From Octopus sinensis (Eukaryota), in the NCBI RefSeq assembly GCF_006345805.1, contig NC_042997.1, forward strand, positions 50,654,001-50,718,000: DNA of 64,000 nucleotides, in the 5' to 3' direction. Below, one piece after another: positions 41,248 to 55,081 of this stretch. The stretch's first letter is position 1, and each line of letters begins with the position of its first letter. The position numbers and the translations under genes are program-made. Below the pieces are notes generated by a model, which saw only the letters and a program-made list of their open reading frames with translations, did no database searches and was not told the DNA's origin.

Positions 41248-41334
<87 letters not shown>

Positions 41335-41348
41335 GAAGATAGATAGAT
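40975..41348. repeat. (GACA)n/(GGTA)n/(GATA)n compound microsatellite
   Basis: Direct reading. Confidence 0.9.
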
Positions 41349-42129
41349 ATGTTTCTTTATTAGCCACACAGGGCTGCACACAGATAGAACAAATTACAAG
41401 GTAGAGCTTTTCTTTTGAAGGTTTAAAAAAAAATTAAAAAATAATAATAATAATAATAAAATAAAAAATAAAATAAAATAAAAAAGGGGGGGTCGATCAA
41501 AAGGGATCGTAAAAGGAGAGAAAGAGGACAAAAAAAGGGGGGAGAGGAAAAAAAAATTGATCAATTGGGATCGTTATCACAGAAATGTCAATATGAAGTG
41601 TAAAGGGGAGGACAGGTGAGGTTTACCCGTGGAAAGAAAAGCCTACGGAAAAGACCACGGTAACCTCGGTCAATGAAGTCACATGTTATATTTCTTTTTT
41701 ATTTTTTTGCAAATAAGCAACTCTCTGTATTAATTTTTACGGTTCATAGAATCATAGTCAAGGTGGCTTCGTCATTCATACGTGCCATCCTTGCTACATT
41801 CACCCATCTTTTTTTAAAACATTCACTAGACAAAACTTGCCTCTCTACTCTCACTTTTTTCTTCAAGTGATACTTGAAGAAGTTGATGAGAGATTGACCA
41901 GAGAGGAAAGTGTTTGTCTCTAATCCTTCAGACGCGTCCACCAGATACATTCTTTCGCCATAGCCACAAGTATGATAAAAATAGCTCTTCCTTCCCGTTT
42001 GAAGGAAGGAGGCGTGACGATATTAACGATAGACTCGGCGGATAAACCGACACGTCCCACACGTGACAGCAGTCGTTCGACATAAGCCCACAGGTGGGAA
42101 ATTGCTGGACACTGCACGATTGCGTGCAG

Positions 42130-42130
<1 letters not shown>
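41349..42130 (-). mobile_element. 5'-truncated Tx1-clade copy 1
   Basis: [28 protein letters not shown]2 end plus 3' UTR ending CCCTGTGTGGCTAATAAAGAAACAT; GATA repeats both sides. Confidence 0.9.
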
Positions 42131-42192
<62 letters not shown>

Positions 42193-42282
42193 CAGATAGA
42201 CAGTTAGACAGACAGAGAGACAGTTAGGCAGATCGACAGACGGACACACAGTTAGACAGACAGACAGACAGACAGACAAACT

Positions 42283-42352
<70 letters not shown>

Positions 42353-42463
42353 CAGACAAACAGACAGACAGTCAAGCAGGCAAACAGACAGTTAGACAGA
42401 CAGACAGGCAAATTGACAGACGGACACAATTAGACAGACAGACAGACAGACTAATAGATAGAT

Positions 42464-42900
42464 ATGATTCTTTATTAGCCACACAGGGCTGAACAGAGAG
42501 GGGACAAATTACAAAGTAGAGCTTTTCTTTTGGGGGATGAAAAAAGGGTGGGGTAGTTTTTCGATCAAAAGTGATCGTAAAAAAAAACGATCAATAGGGA
42601 TCGTGTGTCACAGAAATGTCATGATGTAAAGTGTAAAGGGGGAATCAGATGAGGTTTATCCGTGGAAAGAAAAGGCTACGGAAAAGACCACGGTAACCTC
42701 GGTCAATAATGTCACATGTTAACACATTTAATTGCAAGCAAGTAACTCTGTTTTACATTTTTCCGGGTTCATAGGATTAAGCTCAAGGTGGCTTCGTCAT
42801 TCATACGTGCCATCCTTGCTACATTCACCCATCTTTTTTTGAAACATTCGGTAGACAAAACTTGCCTCTCTACTCTCACTTTCCTTTTCAAGTGATACTT
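42464..42900 (-). mobile_element. 5'-truncated Tx1-clade copy 2
   Basis: Same 3' end; GATA repeats both sides. Confidence 0.9.
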
Positions 42901-42973
<73 letters not shown>

Positions 42974-42975
<2 letters not shown>

Positions 42976-43084
42976 ATTTCTTTATTGGCCACACAGGGCT
43001 GCACACAGATGGGACAAGTTACAAGGTAGAGCTTTTCTTTTGGGGGATGAAAAAAACAAAAAAACAAAAGAAACAAAAAAAAAA
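42974..43084 (-). mobile_element. 5'-truncated Tx1-clade copy 3
   Basis: Terminal ~110 bp of the 3' UTR; GATA repeats both sides. Confidence 0.85.
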
Positions 43085-43405
43085 TAGATAGATAGATAGA
43101 GAATATGTAATCAGTTTTCGTCAACTGACGTAATGTAATATGTATGTAGTATCAGTGCTCAGGTTTACCACTCCGGCTTGAACCGCAGCTGAAAGTGTGG
43201 TGCTGAGACTGTTTATCAGAGGTGCTAAGAAGTGGTTTTTCCTTGAGCATGTAGATTGAAAGATAGACAGACAGATAGGTAGATATATAAACAGACAGAC
43301 AGACAGACAGATAGATAGAAAGACACACACAGACAGACAGACAGATAGATAGAAAGACACACACAGACAGCTAGCTAGCTAGATAGCTAACTAGATAGAT
43401 AGACG

Positions 43406-43502
<97 letters not shown>

Positions 43503-43809
43503 GTAACTTTCTTTTATTAGCCACACAGGGCTGAATACAGAGGGGACAAATACAAATGCAGAGCTTTTCTTTTCGAGGGTGGAAAAAAAGAAAATAAATG
43601 TAAGATTGCGATCAAAAGGGATCGAGAGGAGGAAAAAAAAGAAAAGAAATCGTGTATCACAGAAACAATGATAAAAAAATTGATAAAACAAGATTGGGTT
43701 CATCCGTGGGAAGAAAAGTCTACAGAAAAGACCACGGGAAACTCAGTCAGGGAGGAAATAACCACATGAGATCAAAATGCTCTCTTTCTTTCTTTTTTAC
43801 GATCTACAG

Positions 43810-46800
43810 GATCATGCTCAAAATGGTTTCGTCACTCGCACGCACCATCTTTGCAACATTCACCCATCTTTTTTTGAATCTTTCGCGAGACAAAACTTCC
43901 CTCTCCATTCTCACCTTCCTTTTCAAGTGGTACTTGAAAAAGTTGATGAGCGATTGACCAGAGAGGTAAGTGTTTGTCTCTAATCATTTCGCTCGGGTCC
44001 ACCACACACATTCTTTCACTATGGCCACCAGTACGATGAAAACTGCCTTGCCTTCCCGGTTGAGGGAAGGGGGCAGAGCAATACCCACGACAGACTCGGC
44101 CGATAGGCGGATTCGTCCCACACGTGACAGCAGCCGTTCGGCATAAGCCCACAAGTCTGAAATGGTTGGACATTGCACGTGTCTGTAGAGCTTATCCCGA
44201 ACAGGTAATGCTTCTCGATAGCACTACCAGGCCAGGGATCTTTGGTGATTGTTCATAGGTCCCGGCCCGAAAGTTGTCCTGAACAGGCGGGTCAGGTGTT
44301 CCTCGTCGACGCCCAGACTCTGCCCGAGTTCGTCGTCGCACCTCCCCTCCACTAATCCTCTATAGAATGCCTTTGTTGTGATGGAGTCGCACAAGTTCGA
44401 TCCCGGACGGCAGAGTTGCTTGAGAGCAACGCGACACTCGCGGTGCCATTCGCCTAGCCTCGGTCTCTGCTTGATCCATGACTGTAGTTCGTCCAAGGAG
44501 ACGAGCTGTGGGAAAGCGCGCCGCACAAAAGACGACCACACCTGTTCACCGTTGTCTATGAAGCGCCGGAGATGTCGCAGTCTCAGCGCATGTCTGCACA
44601 TCATCAACCACGGCATGCCCAGCCCTCCATTTAGCGGGTGTTGACAGCAAATGGATCGCCTAACCATCGGAACGTTTCCCTTCCACAAGAAGCGGAAGAG
44701 TATACGTTCCAGTTTGGTGATGGTTGGGTCGGGACAAGGCACGACGGTCAGACGATACTCGATGACGGATGCGATGTACGCGTTCGCCACCTCCGCCGAC
44801 CTTTTAGGATAGCTTTCTCTTAGCCCATTTCTGGGTGAGAGTAGCCACCCTAGTCGTTATCTCGCCCCAGTTCTTCTCCATTTGGAGGTCCGGACCGAAC
44901 CAGACCCCGAGCAATTTAACCGGTCCGTCCGTCCAGCGTCCCACGATGGAGACGCTGTTGGACGGCATGGGCCTGCTTCTCCAGGTGCCGAGCCGCAAGC
45001 CCACTGACTTTTCCCGGTTAATTTTTGCTCCCGTTACCGCTTCGTATTCTTTTAGTGTCTCGCCGACCAGCTCGATGTGCTCGTAGCTCGACACTATGAC
45101 GGTGACGTCATCCGCGTATGCAGACACGCTCCTCCCGCATCCCAGCTCTCGTGGGATGCCCCTCAGCGTCGCCAGTTTCCGCAGTAGTGGCTCAAGAGTC
45201 AATACATACAGCAGCGATGAGAGGGGGCATCCCTGACGAACCGAACGCATGATGTTAAAAGGTCTGGATAGATGACCATTTACGCGAACTACTGAGCGGA
45301 TGCCGCTGTATAAGGCAGCGATCCAACCGCGGAAAACTGGACCGAAACCAGCCGCTTTAAGGACAGCCTCCAAGTAGTGATGGTCTACCCTATCGAAAGC
45401 TTTTGATTGATCCAAATTGATCAGCGCCCCACCCATGCCAGGATTCTTAACTACCCTGTCTATGATGTAGCGCATCAGATGGAGGTTGTCATGAATACTT
45501 CTACCCGGCACGGCGCATGTTTGCGCCTTGTCGATTAGTTTCTTGGTGACAAGCGCCAACCTCTCGGCTAACACCTTGGCCAAAATTTTCAAATCTGCGT
45601 TGAGCAGAGGGATGGGCCTGAAATTATCTATAACGTCCCCCTTGTTTGGGTCTTTCTTAATCAGTGCCACTGCTCCTCGCTTTACAAAAGCAGGAATACT
45701 CCCGTTTTGCTGCCAGTTGCAGTAGACAGCTGCCAAGACGCCTCCAAACAAGTCTGGCATATGAAAATAAAGTTCGTAGGGCAGACCATCCAAACCTGGT
45801 GACTTGTCTCTCGCGCAGCCTACCATCGCATCCTGTACGTCCGCAGCTGTGATAGGCCTTTCACAAGACTCCACCTCTCTTGCTGAGAGTCGTGGCAAGG
45901 CATGCAGGTAGGCACTAAAGTCCACTCTGCGTTCTGACCCACCACTTGTCCCAAACAGTTGGGTGAAGTGTTGTTGAAAAGCCCCACACATCCTTTTAGG
46001 CTCGAGCAATTCGCACCCCTGTTCATCTATAAGAGACTTGATGGTGGCTCTGTTGCCTCGTTGCGTCTCCACCACTCGGGCCTCTTGGGCGGCTCCAACT
46101 CCTTCGTTCCTCAGAGCACGCATCCTAGCCCTGACAACGCATCCCTTGTGTTTGGCGTTGAGGTGTTGGTCGAGGGCCAATCTCGCCGCCAGGACGTTGG
46201 ACGCGATGCCAGTTCTAAGTGCCTCTTCTAAAACCTTAACTAATTCTCCCTCTATTCTATTTCGGTCTAATGCTAGGGCTTTACTGTATCTGAGTGATTC
46301 TGCTTTAATTGCTTTTTTAGGGCATTCCACCATCTGTTGTTGATGATGGTACCTGTCAAAGCTCTCTTAACTAATGTGCTGATCCGGTCCTTGTAACCCT
46401 GTCGTGCTGTAAAAGACGCGTTCAGTTTCCATTAACCAGGACCCTGTCTATGTGTCTTATCTAAGTCAAGTGTACAAGTCACAAACTTGTGATCTGTGTA
46501 ACTGACTATATGAAATTGTGGACAACCTACACTATTTTTATCTATTGTCCTACAGAATACTCTATCTAAGTATGATCTGGACGACCCGATGCGGTTACTC
46601 CATGTCCACATTGGCACATTCGGGTGGTCCAGTCGGTACCTGTCAGACAGTTGGAAATGTCTGAGCAGGTCTTTGAGGCATTTTCATCCCCTTCTATTGC
46701 TATCTCTGCCCACGTAGTCTAGATGCGTGTCCAGGGTGGCATTCCAATCCCCCACTAAAAGTAAAGGACGAGACGTTCCCATGAAAGACTCTAGACGTCG

Positions 46801-47165
46801 AAAGAAATCTGGTCGGCCTGTTAAGGACGGAGCATAAACTGCCTACAGTCGAAAAGCACACTCATTGCTGCCATCGACATCCAAAACGACCAGCCTACCC
46901 TCCGGGTCTAGGAAAATTGCTCTTACTTTGAGATCCAGACTCTTCCGGAGAAGCACCGCGTTGCCACCTCCGCCCATTCTCGGTAGACACGGAGAAAAAT
47001 AAATGTTGAAATGTGTACCGAAACTGTGCTGGAGTGCCCGCAAGCTGTGGAGTCTGGTCTCACTGATGGCTATGATATTCAGATTTAGTGACTTGATGTC
47101 ATTTAACAGGTAGCCTTGTTTCCAAGGTGACCCCAAGCCACGTACATTTATACTGCCTATTCTAG
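43810..47165 (-). pseudogene. Tx1 ORF2 (APE endonuclease + reverse transcriptase) with stops and a deletion
   Basis: SINVRGL, ISETRL, VGDWNA, YLDRVF, TDHKFV; RT KSPGLDG, FRPIPLLNADLK, LDQSKAFDRV, RQGCPLS, AYADD (ORF 44804-46333); stops near 46843, 46685, 46432, 44804, 44224. Confidence 0.92.
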
Positions 47166-47259
47166 CATGTTCCGATAAAATTGTGTTTTACACACGAAAG
47201 AAAGTGCAAAAAAGGAAAGAGAGAGAAAAGGTTATTGTTGTTCGAAAGTCCTTTGTTTT

Positions 47260-49478
47260 TCATCTCACAGTCTTCTTCCATGAGGTTTTGTATAGTTTCT
47301 TTGATGAGTACTTTTGAAATCTCCCTACTGCATCGGGGTAAAGAGATTTCAGGGTGCTGTATGCGTTCTGTGTTATGTGTATTATTTTAATGTTTTGTGG
47401 TGGTGTTGTGCGTGGGTGGTTACTTGTTTTTATGTCGTTTTCAGTTATGTTGGTGTTTGACCTAATGTGTTCCATTAGGTCGTGGTTGTTTGTGTTTATG
47501 GCTGTCAACATTGTTGGGGGGCTTGATGATGGTGTGTTTGTGTTGATGTGTTTGTTTTCTGTGGATGTTTTTGTTTCGGGAGTGGTGAATCTTCCTGCTT
47601 TGTTTATTTTCTTTTCTTTATTTTTCCCTTTTCTTCTCCCACCCTGTGGCTATTTGCCAATCTTCTGTTTCTTCTTCGTCTAAGGACAAATCAGAAGAAT
47701 CAGAGCTTGGAAGAGGGAAAATATTGGGGTCTATTGTAGACTGTGTTGATTTTGTTGTTGTTGTTGGTTGGTGAGCGTTAGGTTGTGGTGTATGCGGTTT
47801 TGGAGGTGGGGTGTGGGTATTTTGTGCTTGAGTGATTGTAGGTATTGTTGTGTTGTTTGGGGTGTCAATTTTGTGGGGAATTAGAGTAGTAATGTTTTCT
47901 TCTTTCTTCATTTCGATGAGTGTCTTTTTGGCAGATGTCCTTGGTTTGGGAGTTGGTTATTCTTGTTGTTGTTGTTGGTGGTGTTGCTTCTGTTTTTGTT
48001 GTGCAGTTGGTGTGGTTGTTTGGTTGGTGAGGTTTGTTTTTTGTTGATTTTCTGTGATTAGTCCTGTTCGTGCAAAACGTGGTGTGGGTAGTAAAGCTGG
48101 TTTATTTGTTTTTTCCGGCTGCCGTTATTGTTGCTGTTGTTTTCTTGCGGCAGATTTGCAATCTTTTTTTAGGTGTTGCTCACTGCCGCATATGTAGCAA
48201 CGTGGTCTTCTGCCATCGACGACCACATACAACTTGTGGTCTTCTGATACACATATCTGGGTGGGTATTTTCTTTATGTCCTCTTGGTTTATATGTAGTA
48301 GAAATTCTACTTTTTTTCCCACCCAGTTTTTGTGCTTCGTGACCGTGGTTCCTAAAATTGTGAAATCTTCCATTTTCACACATAAGGCCTTTACTAGCCA
48401 TAGATTGTTAGCTATTTTTGGGACATTGTTTAAAGTGATCTTAGTCACTTTCTGTCCACGATAACTTGGTGTTAGTTGAAGTTCATCTGAATGAAGAGTT
48501 AGCGTTGAGAAACGTCTTGCTAACTCTTCAGTGTGGAATACCACTTGTATGTGTGCGAACTTGTTCCACCAGGTCACATACTCTTTGTAGTTCCAGATGG
48601 GTTTCAAGCATTTTTCGATTTTGCTTGTGTTAGCCTTCTCTGGACTTTGTGTTTTCTTATTAATTATTTTATAAATAATTGTTCTTTTTTTTTTCATCTT
48701 CTAATATTTCTTCTGGTATGTTTATTTTTACTATACCATCTACTTCCGTTATTAAAATGTTCGTGTCTTTTATTTGTTGTGCAGTAAAATATACTGTTGT
48801 CTTTTTTTCTTTTATCGCCTCGGCGAAATTTGTTGTTGTTTTGTTATTGTTGTTACTGGTGGTGATGTTGTTGGCTGCAGTTGGTAAAATCGGTGTATTT
48901 GGTTTGATTGTGCAAATAGGAAGGGGTGGAAAATTACTTGCATAGTTTATCCCTGTATTCGAGCAGCTTTTGTCAATTTGTTTGGTGGTCACAGTCTTTT
49001 GTTTATTCCCTTCAGTTCTTGTTGTTGGAGTAAAACAGGTCTGAACGGAATTGTTGTTGTTGTTATTGTTGTTTTTGTTGTTAGTGATGGTGTCAGTGGC
49101 AGAAGAGACAGCCGTGGCAGCAGATGTCGAAATGGTGGCGCAATTTTTATTTTTGTTGTCATTGTTATTGTTGTTGTTGTTGGTAGTTGAGGTAGTGGAG
49201 GAGGTGGCGGTGGTGGTGGTGGTGGTGGAGGCGGTGGTGGTGGAGGCGGTGGTGGTGGAGGCGGTGGTGGTAGCAGTAGTAGTCTCGTGGTTGTTGTTGT
49301 TAGTGGTGGTGGTGGTGACAGGGCTGTTACCGCACGTGGTTGCAGCGTTCATTCGACCGTTATTCATGTTTGCACTTTGCGTGCGTACGTTCTTTTTTTC
49401 TCCTAGCGTTTCCAAACTAGGAAAATGCTGCTCCATAAAGGAACGCGACCAGCGTTCTACAATAAAATTTCTCGACAT
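47260..49478 (-). pseudogene. Tx1 ORF1 (RRM-like region + CCHC knuckle, long Thr/Asn tracts), frameshifted
   Basis: ORFs 48669-49478, 48125-48697 (DGRRPRCYICGSEQHLKKDC), 47618-47911, 47260-47511; frameshift in an A homopolymer near 48690. Confidence 0.8.
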
Positions 49479-49675
49479 TTTCTAATGTTGAGAAGAAAAT
49501 TACAGAAATGAAATGGGGTTGAAACTGCCCCTAGGGGCGAATTCCTCCCTTGGAAAAGCACTCAAACGAAAGTTGGGTGCCTTACACACCTTATTTGCAA
49601 AAATGTACATAAAAATTGGGCTATAAATAGTCAAAATAAACGATTACCTTCGGAGCCGAAGTGACAGCACGTCCA

Positions 49676-49836
<161 letters not shown>

Positions 49837-50182
49837 ATGTTTCTTTATTAGCCACACAGGGCTGCACACAGACGGGACAGATTACAAAGTAGAGCTTTTC
49901 TTTTTTGGGAAAAGAAAAAAAACGGTGGGATAGGTTTTCGATCAAAAGGGATCGTAAAAGGGAGAGAAGAAGAAGAAAAAAAAAGAAAAAAGAAAAAAGG
50001 AAAAGAAACAAAAGATGAATAGGGATCATGTATCACAGTGTCACGATGTAAGATGTAAAGGGGGAAGCAGATAAGGTTTATCCGTGAGAAGAAAAGCCTA
50101 CGGAAAAGACCGCGGTAACCTCGGTCAATATTGTTACATGTAACCACATTTGTTTGCAAGTGGGAAACCCTCTGTTTTAAAC
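49837..50182 (-). mobile_element. 5'-truncated Tx1-clade copy 5 (3' UTR only)
   Basis: Same 3' end; followed by (GATA)n 50183-50275 and then unrelated DNA. Confidence 0.9.
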
Positions 50183-50275
<93 letters not shown>

Positions 50276-50946
50276 CCTGTAGATTGATTTTATTGGCTTG
50301 TGTGATGCAAACGTATATATACTTACTTTTATATATTGTATCATTCATATATTATTTAGCAACATTTATTTATTTGTTGCCACATTAAGGAAATAATGTG
50401 GAAGATGGGGGGTGACAAGCAATAGAGAATGAATAAAAGAAAATAGAAGTAAATTAAAAGAGAGTTGAAGGATAAGGTTTATATCCCACGAATCTGAGTG
50501 GGGAAACTGCCTAAAGAGGAGTTGCGAGTGAGTGAGATAATTATAATGGGAATGGGTTGGAGTGAGCGGTTAGATTTATATTGTTTTAAGGATGAGAAGA
50601 AATAAAAATAAAGTTACTGTAATGATAAATTACGATGAGAAAGAAGGAAACCTTTGCGGAACTCGCAATTCTACAATGATTAGGGAACTTCAGAAATAAT
50701 GATAATTACGATTGAATATTTTAATGTTTTGTCACTAGTATTGTAGTGGTTCTATATTTAAGAGATGAAGAATAATGTAGTATTGTTATATTATCATCAT
50801 GGCGTTGAAATGCTCACTGGATCAGTAAAATATGTTGTATATATATAAAAAAAAAAAAAACGCTATTAAATTTGGCGGCAAGTACTTATACACTATTGTG
50901 GAGCATCATTTTCGGCAGTTGGTAAGGACTGCCACGTTTACAAATT

Positions 50947-50981
50947 ATCAGACTCAGACTTTTGGCTAAGATCAAAGTGTA
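50947..50981 (+). pseudogene. U2 snRNA 5' fragment
   Basis: CTTTTGGCTAAGATCAAAGTGTA (50959-50981) matches the conserved U2 5' region as I recall it; similarity stops in the branch-point recognition sequence. Confidence 0.65.
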
Positions 50982-51049
50982 ATTTTTCCCACAACCATCA
51001 CAAACACTCGTTCCTGAGATGGTCGTGATATATAAACAGTTTTGAATAG

Positions 51050-51145
51050 GAACCGGAAAGAAACGGATGAAGACGCAATGCGCATGTGCATACTGGATTC
51101 GTAAAACGGAAGAGAAGAATAAAACGCAATGCGCGTGTCAAATTA
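51050..51145. promoter_or_regulatory. Candidate promoter: NRF1-like and ETS-like motif cluster
   Basis: ACCGGAA, ACGGAAG, TGCGCATGTGCA and ACGCAATGCGCGTG within ~95 bp. Confidence 0.35.
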
Positions 51146-51659
51146 AAACAGAAGAATAGAGATGGGATGCGGATGTCAAACAAGTTATATGATGGTCTGC
51201 ATGTCACGTCTAACACCGCTATCATGTAGCTTTGCTGCTATTTTCCTGTTTCACAATCACGAAACAAATTGCGAAGTCTTTAGATCAGGAATTGATCGAT
51301 TGTTTTGCTTTTTATACTTTATAAGTTTATTACCCAAGAAAATAACAACTTACACTACACACACTACACACAGCAGAACCTTATTGTAACCTGGTACCTT
51401 CCAACTGCTTTTTTATTTGTTTTGCAGATCTGCGTTTTCTGTGATCACGGCATGTCATTGTTATTTGGTTATTGTGTTCGCTATTTTGGGCAATTTCATA
51501 GGTCGTGATTCCTTGTGTTCCCGTTTCAGTCATAATCATACAGTATGATTATTAATGTACCCGTTTTGGCTTTAACTTTTTGCCTGTCCTGCGTATCACG
51601 TCATACACAGGATATATTTCCACGGCGTTCATGCATCATATATGATACATATAAAAAAT

Positions 51660-51920
51660 AATAATAAATAAATGCGCCCTTTTAAAGCCTAGCGAGGCTC
51701 ATGGGCCCATTTTCCCGGTTTCCATGGCATATATGTTCCCCAGCTGGACGGGACGCCAGTCCATCGCAGCGTTACTCATTTTTGCCAGCTGAGTGGACTG
51801 GAGCAACGTGAAATGAAGAGTTTTGCTCAAGAACACAACGCGTCGTCCGGTCGAGGAATCGAAACCACAATCTTACGATCATAATGCTGACACCCTAACC
51901 ACGAAGCCACGCGCCTCCAC
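51660..51920 (-). mobile_element. SINE family C with (TTA)n-type tail
   Basis: Minus-strand GGAGGCGCGTGGCTTCGTGGTTAGGG head and GGTTTCGATTCC box B. Confidence 0.85.
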
Positions 51921-52499
51921 ATATGATACATATTCTCAAGTTTTTTCAACCACCAGAGTCACTTGGGACTTATGAAAGGAAAGTATCACATTACTAAGAA
52001 CGTATTAAATAAGGACTGACTAAAAGCCAGAAAAAAAGCATGTACGTTTAGGACAAACTTTAAAAACTGCTTTGAACAGTCAAAAGGTTAAAACAATTAA
52101 ATCTAATATGTAAGAGGTCGAGCGAATGTGTAGAAGCTTCCTCGTAGGTTCGTATCATTCGAACCAGCAGTAAAGCGGCGTCGATGTGATCTGCTCTGAG
52201 TTTTCAAATCCTTGCACTGTGCACTGTCCCTTTATGTCTCCTTCCTTTTGTGTTCTAAATGTTGAATGTAGCACACATATATAATGATACGTTCTAAGTC
52301 AACGATTGGGAAACTACTTGATTATTCATTAGCTTCTTGATCGATTGGATGCGAATTTTATAAAAACAATACTTGACTACTGATTCGCGATTTGCGAGTT
52401 CGTCTTTTAGTAATGATATATACTTCCACCATAACGATGTGACCAATCTTTAGAATGAGTGTATATGTGGAAACCATTTGTAAATTTCCGATTTCCCTT

Positions 52500-52897
52500 T
52501 TTCTAGTTCTTTCACTTTTTACCTTAACTTGCTTCAGTCATTTGACTGCGGCCATGCTGGGGCACCGCCTTGAAGGTTTTTAGTCGAGCAAATCGACCCC
52601 AGAGATTCTTTTAAGTCTAGTGCTTATCCCATCGGCCTCATTTGAACCGTTAAGTTAGAGAGACGTAAATACACTAACATCGGATGTCAGGCAGTGGTGG
52701 GGGACATATGAAGATACAAAACCAAACGCCCCCTTATGTATATATATATATACACGACAGGTTTCTTTCAGTTTCCATCTACCAAATCCACTCACACGGC
52801 TTTGGTCGGCCTGACGGTGTAGAAGACATGCAGTTGGACTGAACCAGGAACCCTGTGGTTGGAAAACAAACTTCTTACCACACAGCCACACCTGCTT
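52500..52897 (-). mobile_element. SINE family A
   Basis: Homologous to 100-490. Confidence 0.8.
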
Positions 52898-55039
52898 TTC
52901 AAATAATTCGTTAGATTAATTTGCTAAACACATTAATTTGACTTCTCGAAGTGCTGTATTTTAGAATGCTTTGCATTAATAAAAATATGTAACTTTGGGT
53001 TGAGAGTCTTGCGATAGAAATTATACTCACGTTCGTAAGGGCGTAGGCTCGATTCTCGGACCAGCGAGCGCTTTTTCTTGTTGAATAAGGAATATTTCAT
53101 GTTACTCGAATCCTCTGTGGAGAAGATGAGTACCAGCAGCCGAAATTACTCCTGCGACGGACTGACATCCCATTCATTGGAAACCATCAATCCTTAAGCA
53201 TTCACATTATTCCCTTGAATGTTCTGCTTATTTATTCACATTGGTTTAAATTAATCATACCATAACTCATAGCTTTCAGATTTCAATAATGCTATCGTTT
53301 AGTTTTCGGATGACACTGTAGGATAGGTGTGAGAGTTTGGATCTGGCAGGTTTGAACATAAAACAGCAAGAATATTTGGGCCTGTTTAAATGCTAAATGG
53401 TTAAGGATAAGAGCAATGACTCCTGAAACTCTCTTTCCTCTATAAGCATTTGGTGATGCTGCCAACGACGGTTATGATGATGACCACGATGTTTGCGACA
53501 ACGCTGACTTAGAATGTAGACTGTTCATTTCCCCAAGGCTTTTACATTCAAGAATCATGTTTCAGTACTTCAGATAGATTTAAATCCTCTGTGCAGTAAT
53601 TAATCAATATGTCTTCTGGCATTTTTTCGTCCCATTAAAAGAAAAATATTGTCGCGCAAGAAACACTTGATATAATGCAATAACTAAAGGAGCTGAGTCG
53701 TTAAAAACATATTTATTCTAAATTTCATGAGGATATTCCACTTTGACTTAAAAGCCCTATGTTCTATATCACTTCCATGGCAACTTGATCTCAATATGGC
53801 TTTATTCCTATTCCAAAGGATGTATGGTCTTGAATCGGCAAATCACCAAAAGAAATATTTAAGAAGATTCCTTAATAATTATCCTTTAGGAAAACCACTT
53901 ATGTTATTAAAGAATTTTACGGACCATTAAAGAATACGTAAACATTGATATCCTCTATCAAAACGCCAAAGATTGATGCCAGTACTTCGAAGAGCTTAAA
54001 CAATACTCAGTTGTCGTAGGTTTTACCAAATCCAAAACATTAATCGCTTTTATTGGAAATTTCAATATCCGGAGAAAAGGAGACAAGGAGATGATAAAGT
54101 TATTTAAAAATTCGTTTTATACAAAGATATAAAAAAGTAATAATCGGTTTGTGCTTAATATAAAATTCGATTCAGTTCTTCTATCAATCGGCAAAACTAT
54201 TTAATTACTTTAATCCGCAGATTATATTTTACTCTACAATAAATCTTTTGGTTGTATGATTTTATTTCTGGTCATTTTGACTCTGATTTTTTTTACAATA
54301 TGACGAACTTGTACAAACTAACATCGACTGTTTTCACACATGAATATTTCTGCTCACTTCACACATGCATATAGCATAGCATTACTTATAGACATACACA
54401 CATATAGACATGTATACATTCATACTCACTCTATCTCCTCCCTCCATCCTCTCTCTCTATTTATCTATTTATCTATCTGTCTGTCTGTCAGCTTACATTT
54501 TATAAATCTTAAACTTTGCAGAGTGAGATTGAAGTTGTTATATCTCTAAAGTGATGTCAATACATCGCCAGAACTATCATTTTAGCATCACTAAAATATG
54601 AAAATATTAAACATACACATGCACACACGCTCGCACGCTCACACTCACACACCACAGACACACATCACACACACACATATCACACACACACATTATACAT
54701 CTGTGGGGTGGGATGTTATCTCATTGGCAAAAAACGCAGTTCGGAACTTTATAAGAGAAATAATTTATCCAGCAGGACACGTATCGTGTTTCTGAAAATA
54801 ACCTGGCCCTTTAACCAGACTAATCAGCTGCATTATCAGCCGGAACTGAATAACGGAAGACCCAGATTGCTCTGTATTAAGTATATTAATGACAATTGAG
54901 GATATGAAAGAACCTGGTGAAATTTTATACATATTCCACTGACCCCCTAATTAAAAGTAGTCGTTCCGCCAGAGCACGTTAACGAATACTTCGAAAGCAA
55001 TATTTAGAACAGGGAAGCGACACCTACTGGTCTGGCTAC

Positions 55040-55081
55040 GCTGCATTGAAAAGGGGCAATACCCCGAAACGCGTCTGCAGC
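55040..55081 (+). ncRNA. Degenerate minimal hammerhead motif
   Basis: GCUGCA-UUGAAAA-GGGG(CAAUA)CCCC-GAAAC(GC)GUC-UGCAGC; two transitions from CUGAAGA. Confidence 0.6.

Larger units (their letters stand above)
43502..49675 (-). mobile_element. Full-length Tx1/L1-clade non-LTR retrotransposon, mildly decayed
   Basis: 5' UTR, ORF1 with CCHC knuckle, ORF2 with APE endonuclease and RT, 3' UTR; (GATA)n on both sides. Confidence 0.93.

Noticed and set aside
40972-43703. YLSI-repeat ORFs
   Set aside because: Translations of (TATC)n fused to Tx1 3' UTRs
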